The notes beneath the pieces were generated by a model. It saw only the letters and a list, made by a program, of their open reading frames with translations. It was not told the DNA's origin and searched no databases. A DNA stretch of 64,000 nt from Vicinamibacteria bacterium (GTDB taxonomy: Bacteria > Acidobacteriota > Vicinamibacteria > Marinacidobacterales > Marinacidobacteraceae). Of this stretch, positions 20,221-29,731 are shown one piece after another (positions within the stretch are counted from its first letter, which is position 1; each line of letters starts with the position of its first letter). The stretch covers positions 352,001-416,000 of the forward strand of contig OZ219816.1 in assembly GCA_964291235.2 (NCBI GenBank). The letters are read 5' to 3'. Both the position numbers and the translations under genes were made by a program.

Positions 20221-21627
20221 ATGAATTACGAGGAGGCGCTCGCGTTCCTGCGGGATCGGGAACAGTTCCACGTCAAGGTGGGAACCCGGAACATCCGGCT
20301 CCTCGCCAAGGAGCTCGGCCACCCGGAACGGCGTTTCCCGTCGGTGGTGGTCGCGGGGACGAACGGAAAGGGTTCCACGGTCGCCATTCTGGACTCGATT
20401 CTCCGGGCCCACGGACTGCGGGTCGGGCGCTTCACCTCCCCGCATCTCGTCTCCATCAACGAACGCATCCTGGTGAACGGGCGTCAACTTCCCGAGGAGG
20501 AGTTCGCCGATCTGGTGGAAGCGATCGCTTCCGCGGCGCGCGGGCTCCTGCCCGACCAACAGCCGTCCTTTTTCGAGACGATCACCGGCGCCGCCTTCCT
20601 GGCGTTCGCGCGGCACGGGCTCGATGCGGCGGTCTTCGAGGTCGGCATGGGAGGACGCTGGGACGCCACCACCGCAACCGACGCGCCGCTCGGGCTGGTG
20701 ACGCGCATCGCGCTGGATCACGAGCGCTATCTCGGCCGCACCGTGGCGGAAATCGCCGGCGAGAAGGGGGCGGTCGCCCGGCCCGGCGGCGAGTTGCTGA
20801 TCGCCCGACAGGACCCGGAGGCCGGCGCGGTGCTCCGGGAAAGCGCGCGAACCAGGGGCGCCCGCTGCCGGGACGTGGCCGCCGAAACCGAGACCGACCT
20901 CACGATCGTCCGCAGTGGAGCGACGGGCCGACTCGTCACTCCCGAGGCGACCTACGACGACCTCTGGCTCCCCCTGCCCGGGCGGCACCAACTGGACAAT
21001 CTGGCGCTCGCGGTCCGAGGCGCGGAGCGCTTCCTTGCCCGCGAGAACCTCGGGACGCTCGACCCCGAGCGGGTCCGGCAGGGCGTTGCGGCGGTTCGCT
21101 GGCCGGGGCGCCTCGAGTGGCTGCCGCCGGAGGATGCCCGGCCGCGGGTGCTGCTCGACGCCGCCCACAATCCGAGCGGGGCCGAGCGGCTCGCGGAATT
21201 CCTCGAGTCCCTGGGATCGAACGGGCGACGGGTGCTGGTCTTCGGAACCAGCCGCGACAAGCGGGTGGGGGCGATGCTGGCGTCCCTGGCGCCGCACTTC
21301 GGCCGGGTCGTGCTGACCGCGGCGGCGACCCGCCGGGCGCTCCCGCTCGAAGAACTGAGCGCCGCCGCGGAACCCATTCTCGCTGGCAACGGCGCTCCGG
21401 CGGAAACCGTGGAGAACGTCCCGGCCGCGCTGGAAAGGGCGTTCCACCTGGCCGGCGGGAACGGTGAGGTGGTGGTCGCGGGCTCCATCTTTCTCCTCGG
21501 AGATGCACTCCGGGTGCTGCGCTCCGAGCGCGGCGACGGCCTGGGGGACGGCGTGATCGAGATGCCGGCCCTCCCGAGCGAACCGATCGGCCAAACGGCA
21601 AACGAACGGCGGACCTCCGCCGCCTGA
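20221..21627 (+). CDS. folC: Folylpolyglutamate/dihydrofolate synthase
   Basis: VAGTNGKGS, FTSPHL, EVGMGGRWDAT, WPGRLE, LDAAHN; follows accD. Confidence 0.95.
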   Translation: MNYEEALAFLRDREQFHVKVGTRNIRLLAKELGHPERRFPSVVVAGTNGKGSTVAILDSILRAHGLRVGRFTSPHLVSINERILVNGRQLPEEEFADLVEAIASAARGLLPDQQPSFFETITGAAFLAFARHGLDAAVFEVGMGGRWDATTATDAPLGLVTRIALDHERYLGRTVAEIAGEKGAVARPGGELLIARQDPEAGAVLRESARTRGARCRDVAAETETDLTIVRSGATGRLVTPEATYDDLWLPLPGRHQLDNLALAVRGAERFLARENLGTLDPERVRQGVAAVRWPGRLEWLPPEDARPRVLLDAAHNPSGAERLAEFLESLGSNGRRVLVFGTSRDKRVGAMLASLAPHFGRVVLTAAATRRALPLEELSAAAEPILAGNGAPAETVENVPAALERAFHLAGGNGEVVVAGSIFLLGDALRVLRSERGDGLGDGVIEMPALPSEPIGQTANERRTSAA

Positions 21628-21680
21628 GCGACACGACGGGCCCCCCAGGGGGTCGTCGGTAAACTCCCCGCCGCTTCCCC

Positions 21681-23447
21681 ATGCGTCTTTCCCATCACTT
21701 CGGCCTCACCCTGCGCGAGGCGCCCGCCGGCATCGAGGCCGAGAGCCACCGGATGCTGCTCCGCGCCGGATTCATCCGCCAGCTCGGGCAGGGGCTTTAC
21801 TCCTACCTGCCGCTCGCCCACCGGTCGATCACGCGCATCGAGAACATCCTGCGGGAGGAAATGAACCGCATCGGCGGACAGGAAATGACCATGCCGGTGG
21901 TCCATCCGGCCGAGATCTGGCGCCGGTCGGGCCGCTACGACGCCGTCGGTCCCGAGATGGCCCGGTTCAAGGACCGGAAGAACAGCGACCTCGTCCTCGC
22001 CATGACCCACGAAGAGGTCGTGGCCGACCTCTGCCGGACCGAAATCCGCTCCCACCGCCAGCTTCCCCAACTCGTGTACCACATCCAGACGAAGTTCCGG
22101 GACGATCCCCGCCCCCGCGCGGGCCTCATCCGGGTGCGCGAGTTCACGATGAAGGACTCCTACACGCTGGACCATGACGCCGAGGGCCTGGCGCGGCAGT
22201 ACCGCAACCACTACGAGGCCTACTTCCGCATCTTCTGGCGCTGCGGGCTACCCACCATCGCGGTTGGCTCCGACGTGGGAATGATGGGGGGCAGCCAGGC
22301 CCACGAGTTCATGTACCTCACCGGGGTGGGCGAGGACACCCTGGTGCTCTGCGACGCCTGCGGCTACGCCGCCAACCGCCAGATCGCGCGTTTCCGGAAG
22401 ACGCCGGCGGCGCCCGAGGCGCCGCTCCCGCGGGAACGGGTCGCGACGCCAGGAGCCCGGACGATCGACGAACTCGCAGCCTTCCTCCAGATTCCGGCTG
22501 CCCGCACCGCGAAGGCGGTCTTCCTGACCGCCGGACTCGACGGGGGCGCGCGGGAAGAGCTGGTGGTCGCGATCATCCGCGGCGATATGGATGTCAACGA
22601 GACGAAGCTCGCCAACGCGGTCGGAGCTTCGTGGCTCCGTCCTGCCGAGGACGAGGCGATCCGGAGCGCCGGCGCCACGCCGGGATACGCATCTCCGATC
22701 GGGCTCACCGCGGGGACGGTGGTCGTGGACGATTCGATCCCCGCCTCGCCGAACCTGGTCGCCGGGGCCAACGAGCAGGACGTGCACTTCCGGAACGTGA
22801 ACGCGGGACGCGACTACGAGCCGGAGCGAGTGACCGACATCGCGGTGGCGGAAGAAGGCCACGCCTGCGTCGAGTGCGGCGAGCCGCTGCGGACGTCCCG
22901 GGGGGTCGAGGTCGGGAACATCTTTCAACTCGGCACCCGTTACGGGGACGCGGCCGGCGCCCGCTTCCTCGATGACCAGGGCGTCGAACGTCCCCTCTGG
23001 ATGGGCTCCTACGGCATCGGCTCGGGGCGTCTGCTGGCGTGCGTGGCCGAAGAGCACCACGACGAGAACGGGCTCACGTGGCCGATGAGCGTTTCCCCGT
23101 ACGACGTACACCTGATTCCGCTCGTCGGGCGGGCCGCGGGTGACGAAGCGGGCCAGGAGGCCGAGCGCCTCCACGATCAGCTTGAGGAAGCTGGACTGGA
23201 CGTCCTGCTCGACGACCGGGACGAGCGCGCGGGGGTGAAGTTCGCGGACGCCGATCTGATCGGGATCCCGTTGCGGGTCGTGGTTTCGCGCCGCTCCCTG
23301 GCTCAGGGAGGAGTCGAGGTCCGAATCCGCGGGGAGGAAGCGTCTGAAATCGTGCCGGTGGAGCACCTTGCCGAGGCGCTGATGTCCCGGCGCGCGGCGC
23401 TCCTGAACGGCATCGAGGAAGCCATCCGGATCCCGGAATTCGGCTGA
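21681..23447 (+). CDS. proS: Proline--tRNA ligase
   Basis: THEE, QTKFRDDPRPRAGLIRVREFTMKD, YbaK-like insertion, EVGNIFQLG, MGSYGIG, GVKFADADLIG. Confidence 0.98.
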   Translation: MRLSHHFGLTLREAPAGIEAESHRMLLRAGFIRQLGQGLYSYLPLAHRSITRIENILREEMNRIGGQEMTMPVVHPAEIWRRSGRYDAVGPEMARFKDRKNSDLVLAMTHEEVVADLCRTEIRSHRQLPQLVYHIQTKFRDDPRPRAGLIRVREFTMKDSYTLDHDAEGLARQYRNHYEAYFRIFWRCGLPTIAVGSDVGMMGGSQAHEFMYLTGVGEDTLVLCDACGYAANRQIARFRKTPAAPEAPLPRERVATPGARTIDELAAFLQIPAARTAKAVFLTAGLDGGAREELVVAIIRGDMDVNETKLANAVGASWLRPAEDEAIRSAGATPGYASPIGLTAGTVVVDDSIPASPNLVAGANEQDVHFRNVNAGRDYEPERVTDIAVAEEGHACVECGEPLRTSRGVEVGNIFQLGTRYGDAAGARFLDDQGVERPLWMGSYGIGSGRLLACVAEEHHDENGLTWPMSVSPYDVHLIPLVGRAAGDEAGQEAERLHDQLEEAGLDVLLDDRDERAGVKFADADLIGIPLRVVVSRRSLAQGGVEVRIRGEEASEIVPVEHLAEALMSRRAALLNGIEEAIRIPEFG

Positions 23448-23467
23448 CGGGCGGGAGCGGATAGCCC

Positions 23468-24883
23468 GTGTTCCAAACCGTCGCCATCCCGCTCCCCGTT
23501 CTCGTTTTGCTGGTGGCGGGGTGCGTTTACGGGTTGGTCATCCGTCCGCTATGGCGGCGCCGGAGCGAGCGCCGGGACACCCACGCGTTCCACGAAGCGC
23601 AGGGGCGGCTGGCCATCCAGCCTTCGGCATTCCAGCTTCTCAAGCCGACCAGCGCCGCGGACCTGCTGATGGTGGATCCCGGGGTGCAGGAGGCGATCCT
23701 GACGGAGGTGGAGGCGACCGGGCAGGACCAGTGCGACGTGCTGGTCACGGCCCGGGAATACGCCCGGGAAATCGTGCCCTCGCTGAGCGCCGGCCTCTAT
23801 TCGCGACTCATCCACGGTCGCTTGAAGCGACTCATGCTGCGCCTCTTCCGGGTCCGGGTGCGCTACGTGGACGAGGCGGCGATCGCGCGGGCCGCCAGGA
23901 CGTCCACGCCCGTCTTCGTCCTCAACCACCGCAGCAACCTCGACTACGTCATCGCCGCCACGTCCCTCGCCGACCGCGCCATCCTCTCGTTCGCGGTGGG
24001 CGAATGGGCGCGCTACTGGCCTCTCGAAGGGCTGCTCCGCGCCCTCGGTGGGTTCTTCGTGCGCCGAGGCTCGGGGGACCCGCTCTATCGGGCCGTGCTC
24101 GCGGCCCACATCAAGACCGCCACCAGCGCCGGGGTTCCGCAGGCGTTCTTCATCGAGGGCCGCTTCTCCGACGACGGCAGGCTGGGGAGACCTCGTCTCG
24201 GCCTCCTGGACTACGCGGTCCGGGCCTTCGATCCGGACACGCGGCGCGATGTGGCGTTCGTGCCGGTGGCGGTGAACTACGACCGGGTCATCGAGGACAA
24301 GAACCTCCAGATCATGAAGGCCAGCGGGAAGAGCGCCACCCGGACCGGATCCTGGCGCGCCACCGCCGGGTTCCTGGGCCACCAGTTCTGGCTTCGCTTG
24401 AATCGCCGCTGGAAGCCCTTCGGACACGCCACCCTCAGCGTCGGCCCTCCGGTATCGCTCCGGGATTGGCTTCTGACGCGGGACTTCGACCCCCGGAAGG
24501 CCGACCGGGAAGCGCGCTTTGCCGAGGTCCGCGTGCTGGCCGACGACCTCATGGGGCGCATCGCCGCGATCATGCCGGTGCTGCCGGTCCCGCTCATGGC
24601 GACCGTTATCCGGGACCGCGGCGACGAGGGAGTGACGAGGGCCGACGCCAAGGTGGCCGCCTTCGAGATCCTCGAAGCCCTGTCCGTCCGGTCCGGCGAG
24701 CCCGATATCCCGCGCGCAGACTGGGAGCCGGCGGTTGAACTCGGCGTCCAGCTCCTCGTCCAGCGGCAGATGGTGCGGGCCGACGGGGAACATCTCCGCA
24801 TCCTGGAGTCGCGCCGCCACTTCGTGGACTACTACGCGAACTCCATCGGCCACCTCCTGCCGGAGCGGTCCCCCGCACCGTAG
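23468..24883 (+). CDS. Glycerol-3-phosphate acyltransferase (PlsB-like)
   Basis: NHRSNLD (HX4D), FFVRR, FFIEGRFS, VPVAVNYD. Confidence 0.85.
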   Translation: MFQTVAIPLPVLVLLVAGCVYGLVIRPLWRRRSERRDTHAFHEAQGRLAIQPSAFQLLKPTSAADLLMVDPGVQEAILTEVEATGQDQCDVLVTAREYAREIVPSLSAGLYSRLIHGRLKRLMLRLFRVRVRYVDEAAIARAARTSTPVFVLNHRSNLDYVIAATSLADRAILSFAVGEWARYWPLEGLLRALGGFFVRRGSGDPLYRAVLAAHIKTATSAGVPQAFFIEGRFSDDGRLGRPRLGLLDYAVRAFDPDTRRDVAFVPVAVNYDRVIEDKNLQIMKASGKSATRTGSWRATAGFLGHQFWLRLNRRWKPFGHATLSVGPPVSLRDWLLTRDFDPRKADREARFAEVRVLADDLMGRIAAIMPVLPVPLMATVIRDRGDEGVTRADAKVAAFEILEALSVRSGEPDIPRADWEPAVELGVQLLVQRQMVRADGEHLRILESRRHFVDYYANSIGHLLPERSPAP

Positions 24884-24900
24884 GAAGGCGCGCGGGCAAC

Positions 24901-24922
24901 GGACCGCCGACCTCCGGTCGGC
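24901..24922 (+). repeat. Single degenerate REP-like hairpin
   Basis: GGACCGCCGACCTCCGGTCGGC matches the array core with 1-2 changes. Confidence 0.55.
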
Positions 24923-24924
24923 CC

Positions 24925-25506
24925 GCCCGGATCGGCATAGACGAAGGTGGTCGTGGTGCCGCTACCCGCGATGGAGAGCTTGAGGGGGAAGTAGCGTTGG
25001 GTCGGCCGGTCTGCGAAGGGACGTCGATGGAGGAGGTGGGGAAGGGCGCCCAGCGGGATTCCGAGGCGTTAGCAGTAGGCCAGCTTCCCGGGTTCGGTGG
25101 CCAGCCAGTCAAGATCCGGACGCTCGAGGAGGTAGTCGAGGGAGAGCAGCCGGCGCGTGGTGAGTTCCGGGGAGGCGCTCCGGCGATGGCGGTCGTCCTC
25201 GATCCCGAGGGCGCGGTAAAGCGATCGGCCATAGACCTGGCAAATGCTGGTGGGCCGGTAGCCGCGGCGGTCGAGGCGTCCCGCTTCGCGGGCGACGCCA
25301 GCGTCCATGAGGGCACGCACGAAACGGGTGGCCGGCCCGGCGGTCACGTTGAAGCGCGCCTGGTATTGGCTCCGCGTGAAGACGCCGGAGTGAAGGCAGA
25401 CGAGAGTGAGCCAGTCTGCCTGGCGGTCGGTCCAGCCGAGGCGGCGAAGGGTCGCGGCGCATTCCCCGAAGGTAAGAGGTACGGCGGGGGTGGTCGCGAC
25501 CGTCAT
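24925..25506 (-). pseudogene. Truncated gene of a probable integrative-element-associated family (in-frame TAA at 25069, 3' end lost)
   Basis: GWTDRQADWLTLVCLHSGVFTRSQY..LYRALGIEDDRHRR..RRLLSLDY..WLATE. The frame continues after the stop as RLGIP..RYFPLKL..TFVYADPG and breaks at the REP-like hairpin. Confidence 0.55.
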
Positions 25507-25790
25507 GGTGCGGGAAGGGCCGTGAGAAGCGGGCGGAAACGGTCGGTGAAGACCACGACCGGGGCGTGCCCACTGTCCGAATCCCCGAATGTTGACGCGT
25601 TTCCCGTGACGGGCGTTAGCGGGCCATCGAGGGACCGTCTGGGGATGCACCCTGGGTCGGCCGTCTCCCCCTGCGGCTCGCGTGTTCAGTGGCGATCGGC
25701 GAAACGTCCGACGCTCTGTTGAAGCTGCGGAGAAATTCGTCCAGGCCCGCCGTGCATCCTGTAGGATGCTGCGCGACAGAGCGTGGAACT

Positions 25791-26327
25791 ATGGCCGCCT
25801 ATTACGACGATCCTGACGAGCTACGCGAAGTCAACTCCTATATCGACGAACTGCGTGCACAGGACGACAGGTCCTGCGTCATCATGATCGCCGCACGCAT
25901 CGAGTCTCTCCTCGAACGCGCGATCGACCACAGGCTGATCGAACCCCGCGGTAAGCGTCGTCAGGGCTTGGTGCTGAATTTCGCCAACGCAATCGACGTG
26001 AGCTATCGGCTGGGCATACTGCATCACAGTCACGCCGATGCCCTTCACGCGCTCCGCCGCATTCGAAACAGGGCGGCGCACTTCGATCAGCCCATGTCGT
26101 TGGAGAATCATCGGCAGGATGTCGAGGATTTCTGCCGCCCTTGGACCGAAGTGCGCGGAGATACCCTGTTCCGTTCACTTCGCGAGCAGGAACTGAGCCG
26201 CTCCCCCACCCATGCCCGAGGTCTGTTCCTCGTCGGCGCGTTCACATTCTTCGTTTTCTTCACGCCCTTACCCACCGTCGTGCCGCAACTCGACCCGTTG
26301 CCTTGGCTCGGCGGCTTGGACGCCTGA
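25791..26327 (+). CDS. MtlR-like / HEPN-fold protein
   Basis: DDRSCVIMIAARIESLLE..YRLG..LRRIRNRAAH, containing an RX4H motif. Confidence 0.65.
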   Translation: MAAYYDDPDELREVNSYIDELRAQDDRSCVIMIAARIESLLERAIDHRLIEPRGKRRQGLVLNFANAIDVSYRLGILHHSHADALHALRRIRNRAAHFDQPMSLENHRQDVEDFCRPWTEVRGDTLFRSLREQELSRSPTHARGLFLVGAFTFFVFFTPLPTVVPQLDPLPWLGGLDA

Positions 26328-26389
26328 GCGCGCGCCTCGGCGGTCAACCCACGTTCCGGGCGCCGACGGCGGGGATCCCTGCGGGAGCC

Positions 26390-26512
26390 AAGGCGGTTGC
26401 TGAGATACGGTGACGGGCGGAAACGCGTCACCCGTCCTCGGGGAATGCTCACCGGGTCGCCCGTGCGCCGGTTCCGCGCCACTCCCGTCTTGCTGGGGGC
26501 GGCATGGAAAAC
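26390..26512 (-). pseudogene. HU/IHF DNA-binding protein C-terminal fragment
   Basis: F..ARNRRTGDPVSIP..RFRPSPYL matches the HU arm consensus RNPxTGExIxIP..FxPS. The N-terminal helices are missing. Confidence 0.6.
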
Positions 26513-27577
26513 GCTAGGAGCAGCGGTCACGCGCGTCATTCACGCGCCTACCAAACCGTTGGCGACTGCCCTCCGACTCCGTGAGTAATTTGCCCTCGCC
26601 GGGGTCACCCTCGGGGCCACCTTTGCAGTAGCGGAAGTCAACACCTTCTTCCGCTTGTACTTCCGCTACCCCGCTCTCGCCACCGTGCGTCTCGAAACCC
26701 GTTGGCATTGCGGCGTTTCGGTCGTATCCGCCCGAATCGGGGGCTCCGTTCTGGGCGGAGGGTGGGGTTGGGGGCGCCCCCCTCCGATCTACGGATCTAC
26801 AGCCTCGCAAGCCGGACTTATGCAAGCCCTTCTGCTACCTGTCCGGGGGTCGCCCCCAGCCCGCGCCCGCGGCGCGATTCATCCCTGCGGGAAAGCTACG
26901 AACCCGCCTGGGCAGCGGGAGGCGGCGGCGGTCCTCGATGCGGACCAAGGGCATCGAGCCACCGCGCACCGAGGCCGCTCACGACCTCGTTGGCCCGCTC
27001 CCCGACGCCGGAGAGTTGGAGGGCCTCCGCCTCGCCGAAGGTGACATCAACCCGGATCAGCGAAAACACATCGCAGGTACCCCGCCCCGCTCTCCAGACG
27101 TGTGAATTCGAAGTAATGCTCGAATCCAAAACGTGCCATACCTTGTGGATGACGGTTCCGCCGCTCAAGCGCTGCGCGCTCGACCTGAAAGGAAGACGCT
27201 ACGCACCGTAGGTGAGCTTCCGCGCCCCAGCCTATTCGAGGTCCATGTAGATCCCAAGAGTCCGTCCTCTCTCGCGAGGCAACGGGCCGTTGATTCGGAA
27301 CGCCCTCAGGTCCTCGTTCCACCCCGTTTCGATAACCGCGATCAGGGCGCCCCGCTCGACGATACGGTCAACCCGTTGGTCGCTCGATCTACTTGTCTGC
27401 GACCGCAGCCGCGTCCAGCAGGCGCTGGACCACGTCACTACGGGGCTTGTGATCCGAGCGCCAGCTCGCACACCTTCCGCGGCGGACCTGACCGCTCCGA
27501 CCACGGGAGCCCCGGAGGGGCTGCGATAATCCTTCTTGTCAAAAGCCCGTCGGGTGCGGAAGGGGTAGCGTACAGGA

Positions 27578-27967
27578 ATGAGCAGGGGCCGGTGGCCCGA
27601 CGCGGAGGCGTGGGTCTGCGGATGCGCGGCGCGGATGTGGAATACACCAGCGCCGGGCGACTTGGGGGTGCAGTGCGCGACGTGCGGCGATCGGATTCCT
27701 TGGGAATGGTTCGAGGAGAACCGCGTAGAGGGCAACAGGATCATCGCCGCGCAACGGGAGCATGACGCAGCGGGCTTTCGGTCGTTCTTGGTCGGAGTGG
27801 TGCTGTCGGTGAGGGAGTGGAGAGAGGCGGAAACCGAGGGGCGATCCCCGAGGCGACGGCAACCGAGTGAGGAGGAATGGCGGCAGGCAGAGTGCTTCGC
27901 GGACGAGGTTTTCGGCGCTGGGTTCGGCACTGGGGTGTTCACCCGACAGGATCCGGGAAGGCAGTAG
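27578..27967 (+). CDS. Hypothetical protein with CxC..CxxC
   Basis: 129 aa ORF; no recognisable family. Confidence 0.35.
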   Translation: MSRGRWPDAEAWVCGCAARMWNTPAPGDLGVQCATCGDRIPWEWFEENRVEGNRIIAAQREHDAAGFRSFLVGVVLSVREWREAETEGRSPRRRQPSEEEWRQAECFADEVFGAGFGTGVFTRQDPGRQ

Positions 27968-28153
27968 ACCGCCCGGATCCGTCCCGGCGGTGTTATCGGA
28001 ACCGGCGTCCGGATACCGTCGATTTTGAGACTGCCACGGGTCAAGAGTTTCGGATGCTGCGAGTCACCGATTTGTGCTGGTTTCTCGTGCACGCGCCCCG
28101 TCTGCCCCAAACCAAAGGAAATTACATACTGAACTAGACAGAGTGAATACGAT

Positions 28154-28417
28154 ATGGCGATGACCATTCAGAACAGGACGGTTTTCCAGCCTCAAGACAT
28201 CGTTTCCATCCGCCTGGCCTGCGTCAAATGCAACTGCGATCTACAGTGGCACAAGGACAACGACCCGATCAATTTCCCCAGACAGTGCCCCATCTGCGCC
28301 CACTCCTGGACCTCAATGAGTGAGGACTACTGGACATGGGTCCGGAGGCTCATGAAGGTAGTCAATGAGCCAGAAGGGGCGCAGTGCTTTGTCCAGCTTG
28401 AGCTGGATAGAGAGTAG
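28154..28417 (+). CDS. Small zinc-ribbon protein
   Basis: CVKC-x18-CPIC; protein-like composition in a low-GC region. Confidence 0.55.
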   Translation: MAMTIQNRTVFQPQDIVSIRLACVKCNCDLQWHKDNDPINFPRQCPICAHSWTSMSEDYWTWVRRLMKVVNEPEGAQCFVQLELDRE

Positions 28418-28540
28418 AGAGACATACAGAACTATCCATGGCCATGTCCTCCTCAAAGTGGGTGGCTGTGGAGGTGGGGTCAGGTGGCAGCCTGGCCTCC
28501 CCGCAAAATGGAGGCTGATCCTAGCGATAGGAGTCTAGGC

Positions 28541-28568
28541 TTGACAAACCGATATTGGTTGTCAAAAT
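28541..28568 (+). promoter_or_regulatory. Sigma70-like promoter with an overlapping palindromic operator
   Basis: TTGACAAACCGATATTGGTTGTCAA is an inverted repeat starting with a perfect -35, followed by CAAAAT, just upstream of GTG 28579. Confidence 0.5.
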
Positions 28569-28578
28569 TGCCCATCTT

Positions 28579-29073
28579 GTGGATTCGGGAAATCCTGGGG
28601 CAGACCTAGCATCCTGGGTGCCGCTTGTCGGCCCTGCTGCCATTCTTATCGTTGGAGTCGGAGCATGGTTCGTCCAAGTCTGCATTTCCAAGAAGCGAGC
28701 AACAATCGATTTCATCTCGCATGTTGAAATAGGAAACCCTGAGTGGCAAAAGGCAACCCACAGATTTAGCCAGCTGACACGCAACGGCGGACTTACGTCG
28801 CTGGCTTCTGGGGACCTGGACGCAGATAAGCTAGAGGACCGTCGCCTAGTCGCCTACCTTCTGGATCATTGTCAAGTGGTTGCCGTAGCCATCCGGGAAG
28901 GCGTGTTCAATGAAAAAATCTACAGGTCTTGGAACTACTCTCGATACATCAAATATTGGGACAAAGCACAGGGCTACATAGGCGATTACCGCACCAAGAA
29001 TCAGCAACCCAAGGCATACGCCGAGTTCGAGCAGCGGGCGAACAAATGGAGCAAGGTGTCGAGAACCAATTAG
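28579..29073 (+). CDS. DUF4760-like protein with an N-terminal transmembrane helix
   Basis: TM segment, KKRATIDFI, LLDHCQVVAVAIREGVFNEKIY, W..Y..YR..AYAEFE..W pattern. Confidence 0.65.
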   Translation: MDSGNPGADLASWVPLVGPAAILIVGVGAWFVQVCISKKRATIDFISHVEIGNPEWQKATHRFSQLTRNGGLTSLASGDLDADKLEDRRLVAYLLDHCQVVAVAIREGVFNEKIYRSWNYSRYIKYWDKAQGYIGDYRTKNQQPKAYAEFEQRANKWSKVSRTN

Positions 29074-29133
29074 ATGGGCGGCGCGACATCTTGCTGTTAA
29101 TCTGCTAATGCATGGCTGGAGACTAAAAGGCTT

Positions 29134-29427
29134 ATGAACAAAAGAGACATCGACTTTGACCCCGTGAGCCTCATCACGCTCTCAGATGCGGGGGGCGTAT
29201 TTGAATTGCTAGATAGCAAAGATGCGACCATTCTTATCGGAAGTTCTCCTGACGTACGCTTGTCTCTTCTTCGGATCTACGGAGATGAGAGCGGTCAATA
29301 CAAGCATATTTGGGCTCACAATCCAACAAAAGTCACCACCTACACACCCTTCTACAAAGACGACAGGGTTGCTCTTGCTAATGCTCTCAGACGCGCCAAG
29401 AGTCCTCTCGTTCCTAATTACACCTGA
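29134..29427 (+). CDS. Hypothetical protein with a degenerate GIY-YIG-like N-terminus; may continue in another frame to 29621
   Basis: GGVFELLDSKDATILIGSSPDVRLSL resembles GVY..YIG..LxxRL. Confidence 0.4.
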   Translation: MNKRDIDFDPVSLITLSDAGGVFELLDSKDATILIGSSPDVRLSLLRIYGDESGQYKHIWAHNPTKVTTYTPFYKDDRVALANALRRAKSPLVPNYT

Positions 29428-29705
29428 GAAAACACATAGGAGACAGGCATTGGGAAAATGTTATGGAGGATATGTTGCCTAGAGTCTTTAGGGCAATAAT
29501 GAGGCAACCCTCTTTTCAACAAGACCTCATCAGGGGAGCGTCCGAAGCTAATCTCCCATCACCGGACCCGCTCTTGCAACTCATAAATGAGTCCGAGGAG
29601 CCCAAATTCATGACCAGTTGAACGGGGACCGTCCGCTAGGCTAATTTCGTATGTAATTCCCGCCAGATGGAGCCCCATGTCGGCCTCATGCCGTAACATG
29701 TGTGT

Positions 29706-29731
29706 GGGGCCGTAGCTCAATGGAGAGAGCA
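29706..29731 (+). tRNA. tRNA-Ala-like 5' fragment (not an intact tRNA)
   Basis: GGGGCCG-TA-GCTC-AATGGAGA-GAGC-A gives a 5' acceptor strand plus a perfect D-stem. No TTCG T-loop or CCA follows. Confidence 0.4.

Noticed and set aside
25069-25071. Stop-codon recoding in the island gene
   Set aside because: The stop is TAA (not Sec or Pyl) and the gene is also truncated downstream, so a pseudogene is more likely.
26896-27560. Short ORFs on both strands in the middle of the island
   Set aside because: No motifs, RBS or consistent coding signal that I can support; left unannotated.
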